Shown here in pieces: positions 1-9,114 of a stretch of 64,000 nucleotides of DNA. Below the pieces are notes generated by a model. It was not told where the DNA came from. It made no database searches and saw only the letters and a program-made list of their open reading frames with translations. Where the stretch lies: contig CAWJRH010000001.1 in the NCBI GenBank assembly GCA_963845195.1, forward strand, positions 852,597-916,596. The letters are read 5' to 3'. The first letter of the stretch is position 1, and every line of letters starts with the position of its first letter. The translations under genes were made by a program, and so were the position numbers. Origin of the DNA: an uncultured delta proteobacterium (GTDB lineage: Bacteria; Myxococcota_A; Polyangia; Polyangiales; Houyiibacteriaceae).

Positions 1-86
1 GCCACCTCGACGAAGCTACCGCCGGTTTCTCCGCAGCCGAGCATCAGCGCCAGCATGACCAAGCAAATGCGGTGAGCTCGCCTCAT
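1..86 (-). CDS. lipoprotein, N-terminal fragment (gene continues off the left edge)
   Basis: ATG at 86 overlaps the stop of the upstream receptor gene (ATGA, 83-86). My reverse-strand translation is MRRAHRICLVMLALMLGCGETGGSFVEV, a signal peptide with lipobox LMLGC. Only 28 codons are visible. Confidence 0.4.
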   Translation of the reverse strand, partial: MRRAHRICLVMLALMLGCGETGGSFVEV

Positions 87-2800
87 AGCCGAAACCCTAC
101 GGTGAAGAAGAAAGTGCGCGGTCGCCCCGCCGCGATGTGGCGCGCCGGAATCCGCGACCCGACGGCGTTGGGATCCCAGTCGGACACGAATGCGAACTCG
201 TTGGCCGCGTACTCAGCGTCGGCCAGGTTGAAGACCTGAAAGCCGACCTCGAGGAACCACCAAGACAGCTTCGCCGAGAGATCGAGCAGCGAAAACGGAT
301 CTGCGGTCTGCGAATACGGCAGTGGACGCGCCGACAGATAGGTGTAGCCAAGACCGACGTGTCCCCGAAGCGGGTACTTCCAGAGGTCCACGAGGTCGTC
401 TCCCGCACCGACGTCGAGCCGCACAATCCATGGCGGCACGAACGGAAGCAGATCCCCCTCGCCGAACTGCGGCGTCGGGTTCTCGACCGTCTCTGGAGGC
501 GGACCGTCGAGAATGGCGTGCACGTAGGTTACCGACAGCGCGCCCGTCAACCAGGGCAGTGGTCGCGTCGACGCGTAGAACACGAAGCCGGTGCGGCTGG
601 TGGGGCCGATGTTTTCGAGCCGTCCCTCTGCAGCTTCGAAGAACACGTCGTTGTCGAGCCATGTGCGGTATCCGGTGAGCGTCAGGGCGAGCTCTTCGTT
701 CGCACCCACGCGAAACTTCATTCCGACGTCGAGTGAGCGAACCTTGCTAAACGGCGCGGTCTCACCGTCGACCAGCGTACGGGCCTGTGGTGAACGAAAG
801 CCTTCGCCGTAGGAGCCAATGATGTCGAACCATTCCGTGGGCTTGCCGGTGAGCGCCAAGCGGGGTCCAGCCACGACGCCAGCCGCCGTGCGTCGAAACC
901 CCGGAATGAAGTTCTCAGGCCGGAAGTCGGGCACGAAATTCCCGAGCTTGTCGTTGACGTCGAAGAACAGAATGTCGGCTCGCACGCCCCCTTTGAAGTT
1001 GAGGTACTTGGTGAAGTCCCAATCGAGGTCCACCCACATGCCGATGTCCGCCTGCACGATGTCTGCGTCGACCCGCTGGTCCCAGGTTCGGTTGGCCGGT
1101 GCCTCGATGAGGTTCTGCTGCTGCGGATTGATGAGGTCGACGCGTCCCGAGATACCGAACTCGATGGTCCCCTTGGCCCATTCGGCGGGCGCGAACTGCG
1201 AAGTGCGATGGCGAGCGTTGCCACCGAAGACGATGCGGCGGTCGCGCTGTTCGATGAGATCGCCTCGCCCGACGAAATCGGGCTCGACCTGCGACCGCTC
1301 GAGGAAGCCCGTGAAGTTCTGCTGAATGCGGAAGTCTTGCAGTTGGACGTAGAGGTCGAAGCTCGTGTTCTTGAGGTTCTCTCCGCGATGCTCCCCGCGC
1401 ACACCGAGAATCGCGCCCGCGTTGTACGCGTTCTGCGCTTCGGCCGTGGCGTACGGGTAGACATCGTAGAAGCCGACATCGCCTCCCTCGATGTCGTCTA
1501 ACCGGAGCACCCCCGCTGAGTTGTATCGCGCGCCCCAGAACGATCCGTGCACGTGAAAGTGCCACTGATTCTTGCCGAACCCGACCTGAAACATTGCCGA
1601 GCCGTCGAGCCCATCCCGGTTCTCCCCAAACCCGTCGGAGCGTCGGAACTGAAAGGCGCCAAACGTATCGGAGGGCTTGCCCTTGGGTGCGAAGATTGCG
1701 ACCTGCCGAAAGGTGCGAAAGGACCCGAACTCGCTCTTGGCGTAGATGCCTCGGTTCTCGACTCCCATGTCGTACTGGACCGTGCCGGCTACCGCGAAGT
1801 CACCCTGGCTTGGGTCGTAGACGCCCTCGAGGACGCGCAGACCTCGCACCGCCTCCGGGATAATGAAGTTCACGTAGGTGTAGCCCTGGCCGTGAATGTT
1901 CGAGGGTTGGTTGAGAGGGACATCACCGAGCTTGAACTCGATGTCTTGGCCGTGCTCCGCGTTGAAGCCGCGGAGGTAGAAGAAGTCGCCGGCCGCGCTG
2001 CCGCCGACGTTCGCAACATAGAGGCCCGGTGCCCGAAGCAGCAGATCGGATGCAGTATTGGCCGGCGCCGCGTCCAGGATGTCGCGTCCGATCGTGAAGT
2101 CGCCGGCGCCGCGGCCTTGGGCCCGAAGCGCGTCGGCGTCGACCTCGGCCGTCTCGGTGAAGCTTGCATCGCTGGGCGCCGCGGGGGTCTCGTCCGGTTT
2201 CGTCCTTGGGTTCTCGGCAGGCTTCTCTGCAGGGGTCGCGGGCGACGAAGTGGCGGGCGTGACTGGCGCGAGGATAGCGGCTCCCGAAAGGCCTGCAGGC
2301 TCGTTCGGCGCGGCTGGGAGCAGGTTCACATGCGGTGCTTCCTGTGGTTCGTGGCTATCGCCTACGTGCGGAACGCCTGCAGCGGGGGGCTCGAAGTGCA
2401 CCGCGACCCGGATCCGACTGGGCACCGGTGTTTGCCCCTCGAGGGCAGGCTCGAACGTCCAACGCTCAACCGCCGCAATCGCTTCTTCATCGAAGTCTTC
2501 GTCTGCCGAATGCTCGACAATGACGTCGGTGACCTCGCCTTCGGCCGTGACCGTGACGCGCAGGATTACCGTCGGGTGGAGGCCTTCGTTCTCGCGGCCG
2601 GCAGGATAGCGAGGCGGCGGCGAAGCGACGAGGTGCGGAGGATGAAGCTCGTCGTCGTCCGCCAGGTCGCTAGAGTCAGCTCGTTCGGTCTCGTCGCTTG
2701 GGTCAGTCGGTTCGGTTTGGGCGCACACGGGCGCCGATACCGCAAGCGATGCGGCCGAAAGAGCAAGCACTCCTATGGCGAACGTTCGAATCTCGGTCAT
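83..2800 (-). CDS. TonB-dependent outer-membrane receptor carrying an N-terminal TonB C-terminal-like domain
   Basis: 905-aa ORF with signal peptide (AIGVLALSAASLAVSAPVCAQ). Residues ~55-137 resemble TonB_C (PPPRYPAGRENEGLHPTVILRVTVTAEGEVTDVIVEHSADEDFDEEAIAAVERWTFEP). A Pro/Ala-rich linker follows, then a plug-like region (LLLRAPGLYV...FYLRGFNAEHGQDIEFKLGDVPLN) and a long beta-barrel-type sequence ending FFFTVGFRL. Confidence 0.85.
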   Translation of the reverse strand: MTEIRTFAIGVLALSAASLAVSAPVCAQTEPTDPSDETERADSSDLADDDELHPPHLVASPPPRYPAGRENEGLHPTVILRVTVTAEGEVTDVIVEHSADEDFDEEAIAAVERWTFEPALEGQTPVPSRIRVAVHFEPPAAGVPHVGDSHEPQEAPHVNLLPAAPNEPAGLSGAAILAPVTPATSSPATPAEKPAENPRTKPDETPAAPSDASFTETAEVDADALRAQGRGAGDFTIGRDILDAAPANTASDLLLRAPGLYVANVGGSAAGDFFYLRGFNAEHGQDIEFKLGDVPLNQPSNIHGQGYTYVNFIIPEAVRGLRVLEGVYDPSQGDFAVAGTVQYDMGVENRGIYAKSEFGSFRTFRQVAIFAPKGKPSDTFGAFQFRRSDGFGENRDGLDGSAMFQVGFGKNQWHFHVHGSFWGARYNSAGVLRLDDIEGGDVGFYDVYPYATAEAQNAYNAGAILGVRGEHRGENLKNTSFDLYVQLQDFRIQQNFTGFLERSQVEPDFVGRGDLIEQRDRRIVFGGNARHRTSQFAPAEWAKGTIEFGISGRVDLINPQQQNLIEAPANRTWDQRVDADIVQADIGMWVDLDWDFTKYLNFKGGVRADILFFDVNDKLGNFVPDFRPENFIPGFRRTAAGVVAGPRLALTGKPTEWFDIIGSYGEGFRSPQARTLVDGETAPFSKVRSLDVGMKFRVGANEELALTLTGYRTWLDNDVFFEAAEGRLENIGPTSRTGFVFYASTRPLPWLTGALSVTYVHAILDGPPPETVENPTPQFGEGDLLPFVPPWIVRLDVGAGDDLVDLWKYPLRGHVGLGYTYLSARPLPYSQTADPFSLLDLSAKLSWWFLEVGFQVFNLADAEYAANEFAFVSDWDPNAVGSRIPARHIAAGRPRTFFFTVGFRL

Positions 2801-2948
2801 TACCAGCTTCCACGAGAGCCGCGGCGGTCAGCTACGGCAGGCCTCAGCACTTGAGCGCAGGGCTCGAGTCATTCGGGACGGACCCGGCAGACGAGCAGGC
2901 GCCCGCTACGTGACGGAGTCACACAACGCGTGTCGTGAGCGGAGCTAG

Positions 2949-3377
2949 CTAGACCGGAGGAGAGGTCTTGGGTGCGGTTCGGAAGGTTGCGGGCGCGCTC
3001 CCTCGAGGCGCAGCCGGCTGGCTGTCCGCAAGCACCACTTCCGAGAGCTGCCCTTCGGCCGCGGGACCGTCGAAGGCCAGCACCAGATCTCTCCGCTCGG
3101 CGGCGAGAACGCAGTGGTCGTGCCCAGCGTCGAAGTCGGCGTCTGGCCATGCCGTCGCGCCTTGGCTTTCTGCTGCGACCGGCGCGTGCACATCGTCGGC
3201 GTGATCGGCGCCCGCGTTGCCGTGAACGAGCGCGCCGTGCGCGACACAGCGGCTGTGCTCCACGAGAAGCATGTGGCCGGAGCCCGAACCCTGAAGAACG
3301 ACCACAGTAAGTGCGGCCAGGACGCAAATACGCCGAATCAAAAGGATTTTGTTCGAGCGGGGTGGCACGGCGTTCAT
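2949..3377 (-). CDS. small secreted His/Cys-rich hypothetical protein
   Basis: 142-aa ORF upstream of, and co-oriented with, the receptor gene. It has an N-terminal hydrophobic segment (ILLIRRICVLAALTVVVL) and 8 His within ~55 residues (GHMLLVEHSRCVAHGALVHGNAGADHADDVHAP...DAGHDHC). Written out codon by codon, third positions are mostly G/C as in the real genes here. I recognise no family. Confidence 0.45.
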   Translation of the reverse strand: MNAVPPRSNKILLIRRICVLAALTVVVLQGSGSGHMLLVEHSRCVAHGALVHGNAGADHADDVHAPVAAESQGATAWPDADFDAGHDHCVLAAERRDLVLAFDGPAAEGQLSEVVLADSQPAAPRGSAPATFRTAPKTSPPV

Positions 3378-3526
3378 CGGGGCTTCGCCATTATGACCAA
3401 AAGGGTCTTCGGTTCAACTGCGTCGACCGCATTGCCGGGGTCGGCTGGCGCGCACTCACCCTCTCGGGCTACACCCAGAGAGGGTTCGCCAGGCTACCCT
3501 CTACGGGGGACGGGGAGCGAGCAGTC

Positions 3527-5056
3527 ATGTCGAGGGAAGAAACCACAGAGGTCACGCGGCAGCACGTGTTTGCGCCGCGCTCGCTCTCCAAAAAGGAAGA
3601 GCAAGCCCGTATCGTGGTGCTCGCAGGCAAGCTGGCCGGGGACAAGTACGCAATCGACGACGAGCTGACGCTTGGTCGAGGCGCCGAGGCAGACGTGAAG
3701 ATCGACGACGTGTTGGTCTCCCGAATGCACGCACGGATTTTCCAGCATCGCAACGGCAGCTACGTTGCCGAGGACCTCGAGAGTCGCAACGGCACGCAGG
3801 TCAACGGCCGATCGATCACCCGACAGGTCTTGGCCTACGGCGACCGGATTCAGGTCGGCAGTAGCCTGTTGCTCTTCGCCCATCACGACCCGATGGAGGA
3901 GCAGGTCGCGCACCGTCGCAAGCTCGAAGCGATCGGGCGACTCGGGACCGGCGTTGCGCACGACTTCAACAACTTGCTCGGGGCCGTGCGTGCGAGCGTC
4001 GACTTCCTGAACGGGCTTCCTGCCGAGACACAGCTCAGCGACGCAGGTGTCCGCGAAGCGCTCAACGATATTCGGTCGGCGGCAGGCGCAGCAACCGAGA
4101 TGACCAGCCGACTGCTTGGATTCGCGCGGGAGGTGGATCGGAGTCATTCCAATGTGAACCTCTCCGAGCTGTGCCGTCACGTCGTCCAGCTCGCTCGTCA
4201 CACCTTTCCGCGAAACATTGCGATCGAAGCGAAGGTCGATCGAGGACTGAGGGTCCTCGGGGACAAAGGGCAGCTGCACCAGCTTCTGATGAACCTGCTG
4301 ATCAATGCGCGCGACGCGATGCCCAAAGGCGGCAAGCTCTTGATCGAATCGAAGAAGGCCTGCCAGGAAGACCTCGAAGAGGCGCCCCTCAACCCGCTAG
4401 TCGCGCACGCTTTGCTCACGGTCACCGACACGGGCATCGGGATGGATGCCGAAACGAAAGAGCGCGCGTTCGATCCGTTCTTCACGACCAAAGGCGAACA
4501 GGTTGGCGCGGGCCTCGGCCTTGCGGCGGTCTACGAAATCGCCAAGGGACACAACGGGCACATCACGCTGCAGAGCGAGCCGCAGCGCGGGAGTACCTTC
4601 GAGCTCGTGTTCCCGCTTGCGACGGGGCACTCCGCGGCGCCAACCGAGCCAAGTCTTCCCGCGATTCCCGTGCTCCAGACTCAGCTTCTCATCCTTCTCG
4701 TCGACGACGAGGATGTGGTCCGCCGAAGCGCGGGCAGGGTCGTGCGTCAGAGCGGGCATCGCGTGATCTTCGCCGAGAGCGGCCAGGAAGCGGTGCGCAT
4801 CTATTCGGAGACGCAGCCGCGCCCCGACCTCGTTCTGATGGATCTCAACATGCCTGGCATGACCGGCGACCACGCGTTCAAAGAGCTCAAAGCGATGGAT
4901 CCTCAGGCGCCGGTCGTTTTCGTCTCTGGATACTGGGACGGCGCGCTCGAGCGGGAGCTTCGAGGCATGGGCGCACTGGGGTTCGTTCAGAAGCCGTATG
5001 AAGCTGCTACGCTTCGCGACGCCATCGTCCAGGCGATGACGGCGCAGACTTCATGA
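3527..5056 (+). CDS. FHA-domain hybrid sensor histidine kinase / response regulator
   Basis: ORF 3311-5056; I prefer ATG 3527 (preceded by ggggagcgagcagtc). FHA-like segment LTLGRGAEADVKIDDVLVSRMHARIFQHRNGSYVAEDLESRNGTQVNG. H-box GTGVAHDFNNLLGAV. ATPase boxes LLMNLLINARDAM, DTGIGMD, GAGLGLAAV. C-terminal receiver LILLVDDEDVV...LVLMDLNMPGMTG...VVFVSGY. Confidence 0.85.
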   Translation: MSREETTEVTRQHVFAPRSLSKKEEQARIVVLAGKLAGDKYAIDDELTLGRGAEADVKIDDVLVSRMHARIFQHRNGSYVAEDLESRNGTQVNGRSITRQVLAYGDRIQVGSSLLLFAHHDPMEEQVAHRRKLEAIGRLGTGVAHDFNNLLGAVRASVDFLNGLPAETQLSDAGVREALNDIRSAAGAATEMTSRLLGFAREVDRSHSNVNLSELCRHVVQLARHTFPRNIAIEAKVDRGLRVLGDKGQLHQLLMNLLINARDAMPKGGKLLIESKKACQEDLEEAPLNPLVAHALLTVTDTGIGMDAETKERAFDPFFTTKGEQVGAGLGLAAVYEIAKGHNGHITLQSEPQRGSTFELVFPLATGHSAAPTEPSLPAIPVLQTQLLILLVDDEDVVRRSAGRVVRQSGHRVIFAESGQEAVRIYSETQPRPDLVLMDLNMPGMTGDHAFKELKAMDPQAPVVFVSGYWDGALERELRGMGALGFVQKPYEAATLRDAIVQAMTAQTS

Positions 5057-6174
5057 TCAAGTACATTGGCTCGAAGCGTCTCCTCGTACCCCACATCGTG
5101 AACGCCGTTGCGGCGTTTCCCGAATCAGGGCGCGTGCTCGACTTGTTCTCAGGCACGTCGCGCGTCGCCCGAGGACTGAAGGCCTCTGGTCGATACGTGA
5201 TCGCGAACGATCACCTGCACTACGCTGCGACGCTCGGTCGTTGCTACGTGCAGGCCGACGCGGACCAGTGGACCGAACCCGCACAGGCCCTCATCGACGA
5301 CCTGCAGAAGGTTCCTGGGGAGCCCGGCTACTTCACGCGCACGTTCTGCGAAGAAGCGCGCTACTTTCAGCCGCGCAACGGTGCGCGCGTCGATGCGATT
5401 CGGCAGACGATCGCAGGCCTCATGCTCGCTCCCGAACTCGAGGCGATTGCGCTGGTTTCACTCATGGAGGCGGCCGACCGGGTGGATTCCACCACCGGGG
5501 TGCAAATGGCGTACTTGAAGCAGTGGGCGGCGCGTGCATCGAATGATTTGGCGCTTCGGCTCCCGGCGATTCTGCCGGGACCAGGAGATGCACGTTGTCT
5601 CGAAGCAGCCGAGGCTGCCGCGAGCATCGATGCCGACGTTGCCTACGTCGACCCCCCGTACAATCAGCATAGCTACATGGGCAACTACCACGTTTGGGAA
5701 AGCCTCGTGCGATGGGACAAACCCGAGACCTACGGGATCGCGAACAAGCGCATCCAGTGCCGCGAGTACAAGAGTGACTTCAACTCCAAGAGACGCATCC
5801 GGCAGGGCCTTCGCGAGGTCATTGGCAGTCTGCGTCCGAAGCACTTGTTGGTCTCCTTCAGCAACGAGGGGCATGTCGACCGTGAAGAGATGACTGAGCT
5901 GCTCGAAGCGCGGGGCCACGTGGGGGTCGTTGCGGTGGACTTCAAGCGATACGTCGGCGCCCAAATCGGGATCTACAGTCCCAACGGCGAGAAGGTCGGC
6001 CGAGTGAGTCACCTCCGGAACAAGGAGTATCTGTTCGTCGTGAGCCCCCGTCAGGACACTGTGAATTCCGTGGTGGAGTCGCTCGAGCAGAGTCTGCGGG
6101 CGGCGGCGCTTGCGTCGGGCGCCCAGAAGCGCAAAAGGGAGGGCGATGAATCTGAACGACGTGTTGAACGATGA
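5053..6174 (+). CDS. N6-adenine DNA methyltransferase, D12 (Dam-like) class, no visible cognate nuclease
   Basis: ATG overlaps the kinase stop (ATGA at 5053-5056). N-terminal YIGSKRLL, SAM-binding LDLFSGTS, catalytic DPPY (AYVDPPYNQHSY). Confidence 0.85.
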   Translation: MIKYIGSKRLLVPHIVNAVAAFPESGRVLDLFSGTSRVARGLKASGRYVIANDHLHYAATLGRCYVQADADQWTEPAQALIDDLQKVPGEPGYFTRTFCEEARYFQPRNGARVDAIRQTIAGLMLAPELEAIALVSLMEAADRVDSTTGVQMAYLKQWAARASNDLALRLPAILPGPGDARCLEAAEAAASIDADVAYVDPPYNQHSYMGNYHVWESLVRWDKPETYGIANKRIQCREYKSDFNSKRRIRQGLREVIGSLRPKHLLVSFSNEGHVDREEMTELLEARGHVGVVAVDFKRYVGAQIGIYSPNGEKVGRVSHLRNKEYLFVVSPRQDTVNSVVESLEQSLRAAALASGAQKRKREGDESERRVER

Positions 6175-6580
6175 CGCCATACGGACGGCGATCGTCGAAG
6201 ACGTGTGTGCCCTGTTGGACGGCGAAGTGAGCAGTCAACGAGGACTTAGCGGTGTCGCGGTCAAAGCCGGATACAAGATGGTTCAGGGCGTAAAGCCCGG
6301 CTTCGTACGCAACGTGGTGCAGTCGCTGTTGCCGGAGTTCGCTGTTGCCCTCGAACCCTACCGCCAGAAAGCCGTCGATGAAGGGCAATCGGTGAGCGAC
6401 TATTTCGACAAGCACTCGGCCGAGGTCGCCGAGTCTCTTCTTGAAGTGACCGACGCTCGCGCGTCGCGCTCGAATCACGGCTCGGTCAAAGGCGCCTACG
6501 GCAAGCTGCGGGGCTCAGCGCTCAAGAACGTGCAGGGCGCGGTGCCGGGGCTCGGCCGGATCGTCCAGAAATACACCTGA
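6146..6580 (+). CDS. conserved-looking small cytosolic hypothetical protein
   Basis: ORF 6110-6580; ATG 6146 is preceded by aaaagggagggcg. It begins MNLNDVLNDDAIRTAIVEDV and overlaps the methyltransferase 3' end by 29 nt. No TM segment or signal peptide. Family not recognised. Confidence 0.6.
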   Translation: MNLNDVLNDDAIRTAIVEDVCALLDGEVSSQRGLSGVAVKAGYKMVQGVKPGFVRNVVQSLLPEFAVALEPYRQKAVDEGQSVSDYFDKHSAEVAESLLEVTDARASRSNHGSVKGAYGKLRGSALKNVQGAVPGLGRIVQKYT

Positions 6581-6626
6581 CGCGTCGCGCCTTCTGGCAC
6601 GCTGACGCGCTCTCATCAGATGCACG

Positions 6627-7091
6627 ATGAAGTATTTCGAAGACATCGAGGTAGGGCACGCGAAGGAATCGCCCGAGAGTTACGTGCTCACGGCCGACGA
6701 GATTATCGAGTTCTGCAGCAAGTGGGACCCTCTTCCCTTTCACGTCGATCCCGAGGCGGCTGCGCGAACCCCAGTGGGTCGTTTGTTCACGTCGGCGATC
6801 CACAGCGTCGCAATCGCAATCCGCTTGGGGCATCAGTTGGACGACGAGCCCACCGCGACCGAAATCGGCCTTGGATGGGACGAGGTGAGGTTTCAAGCTC
6901 CTGCTTGCGTTGGAGACAGACTGCGTCTGCGTGGTGAGATCATCGAGGCACGGATTTCGGAAAGTCGACCCCGGCTGGGCGTGATCCGGAGTCTTCTCAC
7001 GCTGAGCAAAGACAGCGGCGAGACCGTGATCAGTTTCAAGGCCGCTGCGTTGATTCGACGCCGGTCTTCGCAGCAACCGCCCGCGCCTTGA
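6627..7091 (+). CDS. MaoC-like (R)-hydratase / hotdog-fold dehydratase
   Basis: 154 aa with the typical MaoC N-terminus (MKYFEDIEVGH...YVLTADEIIEFCSKWDPLPFHVDPEAA) and hotdog core (VRFQAPACVGDRLRLRGEII). Confidence 0.8.
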   Translation: MKYFEDIEVGHAKESPESYVLTADEIIEFCSKWDPLPFHVDPEAAARTPVGRLFTSAIHSVAIAIRLGHQLDDEPTATEIGLGWDEVRFQAPACVGDRLRLRGEIIEARISESRPRLGVIRSLLTLSKDSGETVISFKAAALIRRRSSQQPPAP

Positions 7092-7914
7092 GCCCGACGA
7101 CGGCCTGACGCGTGCGGTCGCGGAGATCGGCAACTCGTTCTTCTTTGGCAAGCTCCGCAACCGGGTAAATCGGCGCTCCGATCTCCACGGTCACCACCCG
7201 ATCGGGATCGTTGCCACGCGCCGTTCCCGTGTCGACCGAGTCGCGAGACATGAGGGTGTACGTCCCCTGGATGGCGACGGGAACCACCGGGCAATTGGCC
7301 TCGACAGCAGCCCGAAAGCCCCCGTCCTTGAACGGGCGCAGATGTCCGTCTTCGGTACGCGTCCCCTCTGGGAAGACGAGGATCGGCCGGTCACGATCCA
7401 ACACGTCTACGAACGACTCGACCACGGCTGCTGCAGCCTCTTTCCCTCGCCCGCGATCGACGGGGATGTGACCCGCAGACCGGAGATGCCAACCGAGGAA
7501 TGGCACGTTCATCACCGACCGCTTGGCGGCCCACTTGAAGTCGCCAGGTAGGGCCGCCCCGAGTACCAGAATGTCCACGAGGCTCTCGTGGTTGCTCATG
7601 TAGATGAGCGCACCCTCGGGAACGTTCTCGCCCCCTGCGGTTCGGATGTCGATCTTCAGGCTCTTGGCGCTGGACTGGCTCCACTTGCGTGCCGCCCAGA
7701 CCGACACGCGCCCCTGTGTGAGCGGCCCTCCGGTGAGCGACACGACGGCCCAGCCAGCCGTGCGAGCACCGAACGGAACCCATTGACGGAGCCAGCGAAC
7801 TCGCTCGGTGGTTCGCATCTCGCTTCCGCGGCGGAAGATGCCCCATTCGTTTTTCGCCCAATCGATGCTGCTCTTGAGGCCCATCGGGTCGGTGTCTACC
7901 ACCGGCGCCATCAC
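7036..7914 (-). CDS. plsC: 1-acyl-sn-glycerol-3-phosphate acyltransferase family (PlsC/AGPAT)
   Basis: HX4D motif (NHESLVD), FPEGTRTEDG and VPVAIQGT motifs. Exact start uncertain (several in-frame Met). The 3' end overlaps convergent MaoC by ~56 nt. Confidence 0.8.
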   Translation of the reverse strand: MMAPVVDTDPMGLKSSIDWAKNEWGIFRRGSEMRTTERVRWLRQWVPFGARTAGWAVVSLTGGPLTQGRVSVWAARKWSQSSAKSLKIDIRTAGGENVPEGALIYMSNHESLVDILVLGAALPGDFKWAAKRSVMNVPFLGWHLRSAGHIPVDRGRGKEAAAAVVESFVDVLDRDRPILVFPEGTRTEDGHLRPFKDGGFRAAVEANCPVVPVAIQGTYTLMSRDSVDTGTARGNDPDRVVTVEIGAPIYPVAELAKEERVADLRDRTRQAVVGLKARAVAAKTGVESTQRP

Positions 7915-7944
7915 AAAGAAAGGCGGGGCATGCGCTCAGACACT

Positions 7945-9108
7945 TCAGGCCATCGGCCGCACCGGCTCGGGCGGCACGTCAGAAAGGTCTAGACCGGTCG
8001 GCAGTTCGCGATGCGACAACTCGAAGTTCAGAGATTTTGAGCAGTTGTAGAGATCGGCCGCGTATCGAGTGAACGGAACCGGTTCGCTCCCGAGATCGCG
8101 CACCGACCGCGCGTTGTCGTAGACGGTATCGGTCGTCAGGTACGGGAGCGCGATGCTCAACGTGCTGCCAAGGCGCTGCGCCCTCGTCGTGCTTGGAAGC
8201 TCAGCGAGCCAACGCGCTCCGTGCTTTGTCGGGCCCAGCAGCCGTTCGACGAATCGCGGTCGTCTCGTTCGCAACGCCTGGCTGAGTGCCTCGGCGAGCT
8301 CGCCTAGGGTGCGCGCCTCCCCGCCGGAGGTGAGGTGGTACGTCTCGTGACCAAGGTCTTCGCGCAAATGCAGTTCGCCAATCGACGGACCCACCCAGTC
8401 GGCGTTCACGATGTCGACGCGGGCATCGGGACAGAACGGCAGCACCGGGAGTGACGCCAGCAGGCACAGTGCGCGCACGGCCTCGGTATCCATCGTTTCC
8501 GGGAACCGGGAATCTCCAAGGACGATGCTCGGACGTACGACGAGGCTGGGAACGTCGGGCAAGAGTTCGCGGACCATGTGCTCGGCGAACTTCTTCGTAC
8601 GCCCGTAGGCATCGAGATCGGGTGCACTCCAATCGAGCGGATCGCTTTCGAGGATCGTATGACCTCGGCGATACCCCGCGACGCTCGCGGCAGATACCAT
8701 CGTGAACCTTCGCAGGGGATGGTCCTCGTCGATCGCCCTCGCGAGTTGAACCGTAGAGAGCGTCCCGCGTAAATGATGACTCGAGCACGCTTGTTCGGAC
8801 GCGGGGGTCGGCGAACTCGCCGTGTGGAGAATCGATTCCGCGTTGGAGATTAGCCAGTCGTAGTCAGCGCTCGAGATCCCGAGATTCGGAAGGGTAGGAT
8901 TGCCGCTGATGAAGCAGATGCGTTCGAGAAACCGATGGAACTCTTCGGCCTGCATGTGAAGCTGGAGCGACCTCCAGCTATGCTCAACCGCCTCGTCGTA
9001 GTCCCCCGCATCGACCAAGAGCGCAAGCTCGTGGTCGGTGTTTCGCAGCAGCCAATCGGCTGCATAAGAACCGACGAGCTCGGTCGCCCCCGTCATGAAG
9101 ACCGCCAT
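7945..9108 (-). CDS. NAD(P)-dependent reductase, thioester/fatty-acyl reductase-like SDR (NAD_binding_4 type)
   Basis: N-terminal Rossmann motif MTGATELVGSYAADWLL and YxxxK (DAYGRTKKFAEHMV). Length and layout resemble terminal thioester-reductase or male-sterility domains. Confidence 0.75.
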   Translation of the reverse strand: MAVFMTGATELVGSYAADWLLRNTDHELALLVDAGDYDEAVEHSWRSLQLHMQAEEFHRFLERICFISGNPTLPNLGISSADYDWLISNAESILHTASSPTPASEQACSSHHLRGTLSTVQLARAIDEDHPLRRFTMVSAASVAGYRRGHTILESDPLDWSAPDLDAYGRTKKFAEHMVRELLPDVPSLVVRPSIVLGDSRFPETMDTEAVRALCLLASLPVLPFCPDARVDIVNADWVGPSIGELHLREDLGHETYHLTSGGEARTLGELAEALSQALRTRRPRFVERLLGPTKHGARWLAELPSTTRAQRLGSTLSIALPYLTTDTVYDNARSVRDLGSEPVPFTRYAADLYNCSKSLNFELSHRELPTGLDLSDVPPEPVRPMA

Positions 9109-9114
9109 TGCGAG

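Noticed and set aside
2919-2938. Imperfect palindrome tcacacaacgcgtgtcgtga upstream of the TonB-dependent receptor gene (possible metalloregulator box)
   Set aside because: Only 14/20 positions are symmetric, and it does not resemble the AT-rich Fur/Zur consensus I know. That is insufficient support.
5053-6580. Possible restriction-modification system around the D12 methyltransferase
   Set aside because: No neighbouring ORF shows nuclease motifs (PD-(D/E)xK, HNH, GIY-YIG) or a size and position expected for a cognate REase. The flanks are a histidine kinase and a 145-aa helical-looking protein. I treat it as an orphan methyltransferase instead.
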